This document shows positions 62,260-64,000 of a stretch of 64,000 bases of DNA, one piece after another. Source of the DNA: Octopus sinensis (Eukaryota); assembly GCF_006345805.1 (NCBI RefSeq), contig NC_043009.1:61132001-61196000 (forward strand), written 5' to 3'. Below the pieces are notes generated by a model. The model worked only from the letters and a program-made list of their open reading frames with translations. It did no database searches and had not been told where the DNA came from. Numbering within the stretch: position 1 is the stretch's first letter; the number at the start of each line of letters is the position of its first letter. Both the position numbers and the translations under genes were made by a program.

Positions 62260-64000
62260 GAAAGACAGATAGATAGAGAGAGAGAAAGAGAGAGGTTGTT
62301 ACGAAGACAAAGAGAGAGAAGTAAAAAACAGAGAGGGGGAAGATAAAGAGAAAAAGAAGGGGAGAGAGAGAAATGCAAGTTGTTTAGCATATTTGTATTA
62401 AAAAAAAATCATAAGAAAGCCGGATTAATTAAGTTTTATATTGTACTTTAGTTTTGTTTAATTACATTAACGATGAACAAGAAATGTCAGTTTATGATGC
62501 TGGTAGTCATGATGGAGGTAGTGGTGGTGGTGTTGGTGGTAGTGATGGACAAAACGATGATGATGGTGGTGGTGGTCGTGGTGGTATGAATATGTGTATG
62601 GCACACATAATGTATGACAGCACTTTTAAAACATTTCTCAGTGCAAAAATCATATCTCTGGTTCAAGCACTGTGATTGAATTCCACTCTGTGGTGACTGT
62701 GCCATACTGTCAAGTGTAGTGACCATTTCGATCTATTGGTTGTAGTGACCAATGCCACTGCATATGTTTATGCATAATGCTGTTTGGAGACATAGTCTTA
62801 TCTGTTCTGGATGTCATCATATGCACGTGTGTGTGTGCATGTGTGTATACATATATGTATGCGTATATATGTCCACATCAAAGTTGATGACATAAAGTAG
62901 ATTACGAAACAGCTGTAAACTCCACAGAAGTATTAAAATGCTTGTCTTTTACTTCTTCATGTTTTATTTGCTTTTTTATGTGTGTGTTTGTATACATGTA
63001 TGTATGTGTTTCTCTATATAAAGTTTTTGAATATCTTATCCTCATTTTTTTACTGTTTCAGTTTATGAAAAAATAAACCCAAAAACTTTTCTAATATTAC
63101 AAAGAGAAAGTGGAAACCTAAAAACTAATGGAATTTAAGAATAGGATGGAAATGGAATGGCAGTGGAAGAAATTTTTGGGAAGTATGACTTTAATTCCTT
63201 ATTCAGAAAAATGCCTAAGGGACACACACAGATTTAAAAGAGTGAAATTTTAAAGAAAATAACTGTTTAAATACCATATTTTTAATAAAGTAACACCTAC
63301 AAAATTCAGCAGTAGATAAAGATTTTAAGAACTGAGATAATTTATGGTTGAAACACAAAGGAAGGAATTAGTAGTAAGATATTAGAAAAATGTATGTTTT
63401 TTTTTTTTTGAAGGAGTAAATTAATTTAGTTAAGGTAAAGAAAATTTATGGCCATATAAAATAATAAAATGTAAAAAAAAAATTTAGGAGACATATAAGT
63501 TATGGAAATATTAAAATTTGTTAAAATAAGAAGTTAACACAGATTAAAGCGAGAAATCATAGTTGTTAAATGAGAATTCTCTTTTAAGCTATTTTACTCT
63601 AGAAAGCAGATTTATCCTCACAAAATTTAAGGAATGTTATGGTTGGAACTTGTTTTTTTTATGAGTTATGTGAAGTTTATAGAAGCAACATGACTGGGAG
63701 AAAATACCAATTGTATTTTTTAGGCAGATATTTAACATCATTACTGAAATAATAACCATGAAATTTAATTTTGCAGTAAAAGGGTTAAATACAACAAAGT
63801 TACCTTATGAAATTCTGGTGATATGGTCTGAAGGGGTTAAAAAAATGTTCTATAAAGGATTTGTACCGTATTAGATAGAGAATATTAAATGATGGTTAAA
63901 GGTTGAGAAACTAAACTTGACATATACATTATTCTACTGTCTTAGAATAATTTTATAAATGGTAAAAGACACACAGAAATTAAACAGCACATAGATGAGA

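Overview
Eukaryotic, very AT-rich, microsatellite-saturated DNA. The SINE, LINE and MITE repertoire points to an octopus (coleoid cephalopod); this is inference, not a database result. Positions 1804-24538 (+) hold the last 12 coding exons of a HECTD3 E3 ubiquitin ligase: the end of the DOC domain and the whole HECT domain, with catalytic Cys at 22939-22941 and stop at 24536-24538. All introns are GT-AG and the phases chain into one open frame of about 501 codons; the 5' exons lie upstream of the window. I could not identify another host gene in 24.6-64 kb. The rest is repeats: three tRNA-derived SINE families, RTE and CR1-type LINE fragments, Tc1/mariner, hAT and piggyBac-type MITEs, a non-autonomous Helitron, and Penelope-like element (PLE) remnants. 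Most six-frame ORFs are microsatellite artefacts. The most interesting signal is a set of minimal type-I hammerhead ribozyme motifs from at least three PLE-type families. One has a canonical core (1428-1473) and one has a U4C core (28468-28519); both sit in long fold-back hairpins. A four-copy family has a fixed non-canonical CUGUNGA core. Two motifs lie sense in HECTD3 introns. Coordinates were read by eye: exon ends are exact, repeat ends are approximate.
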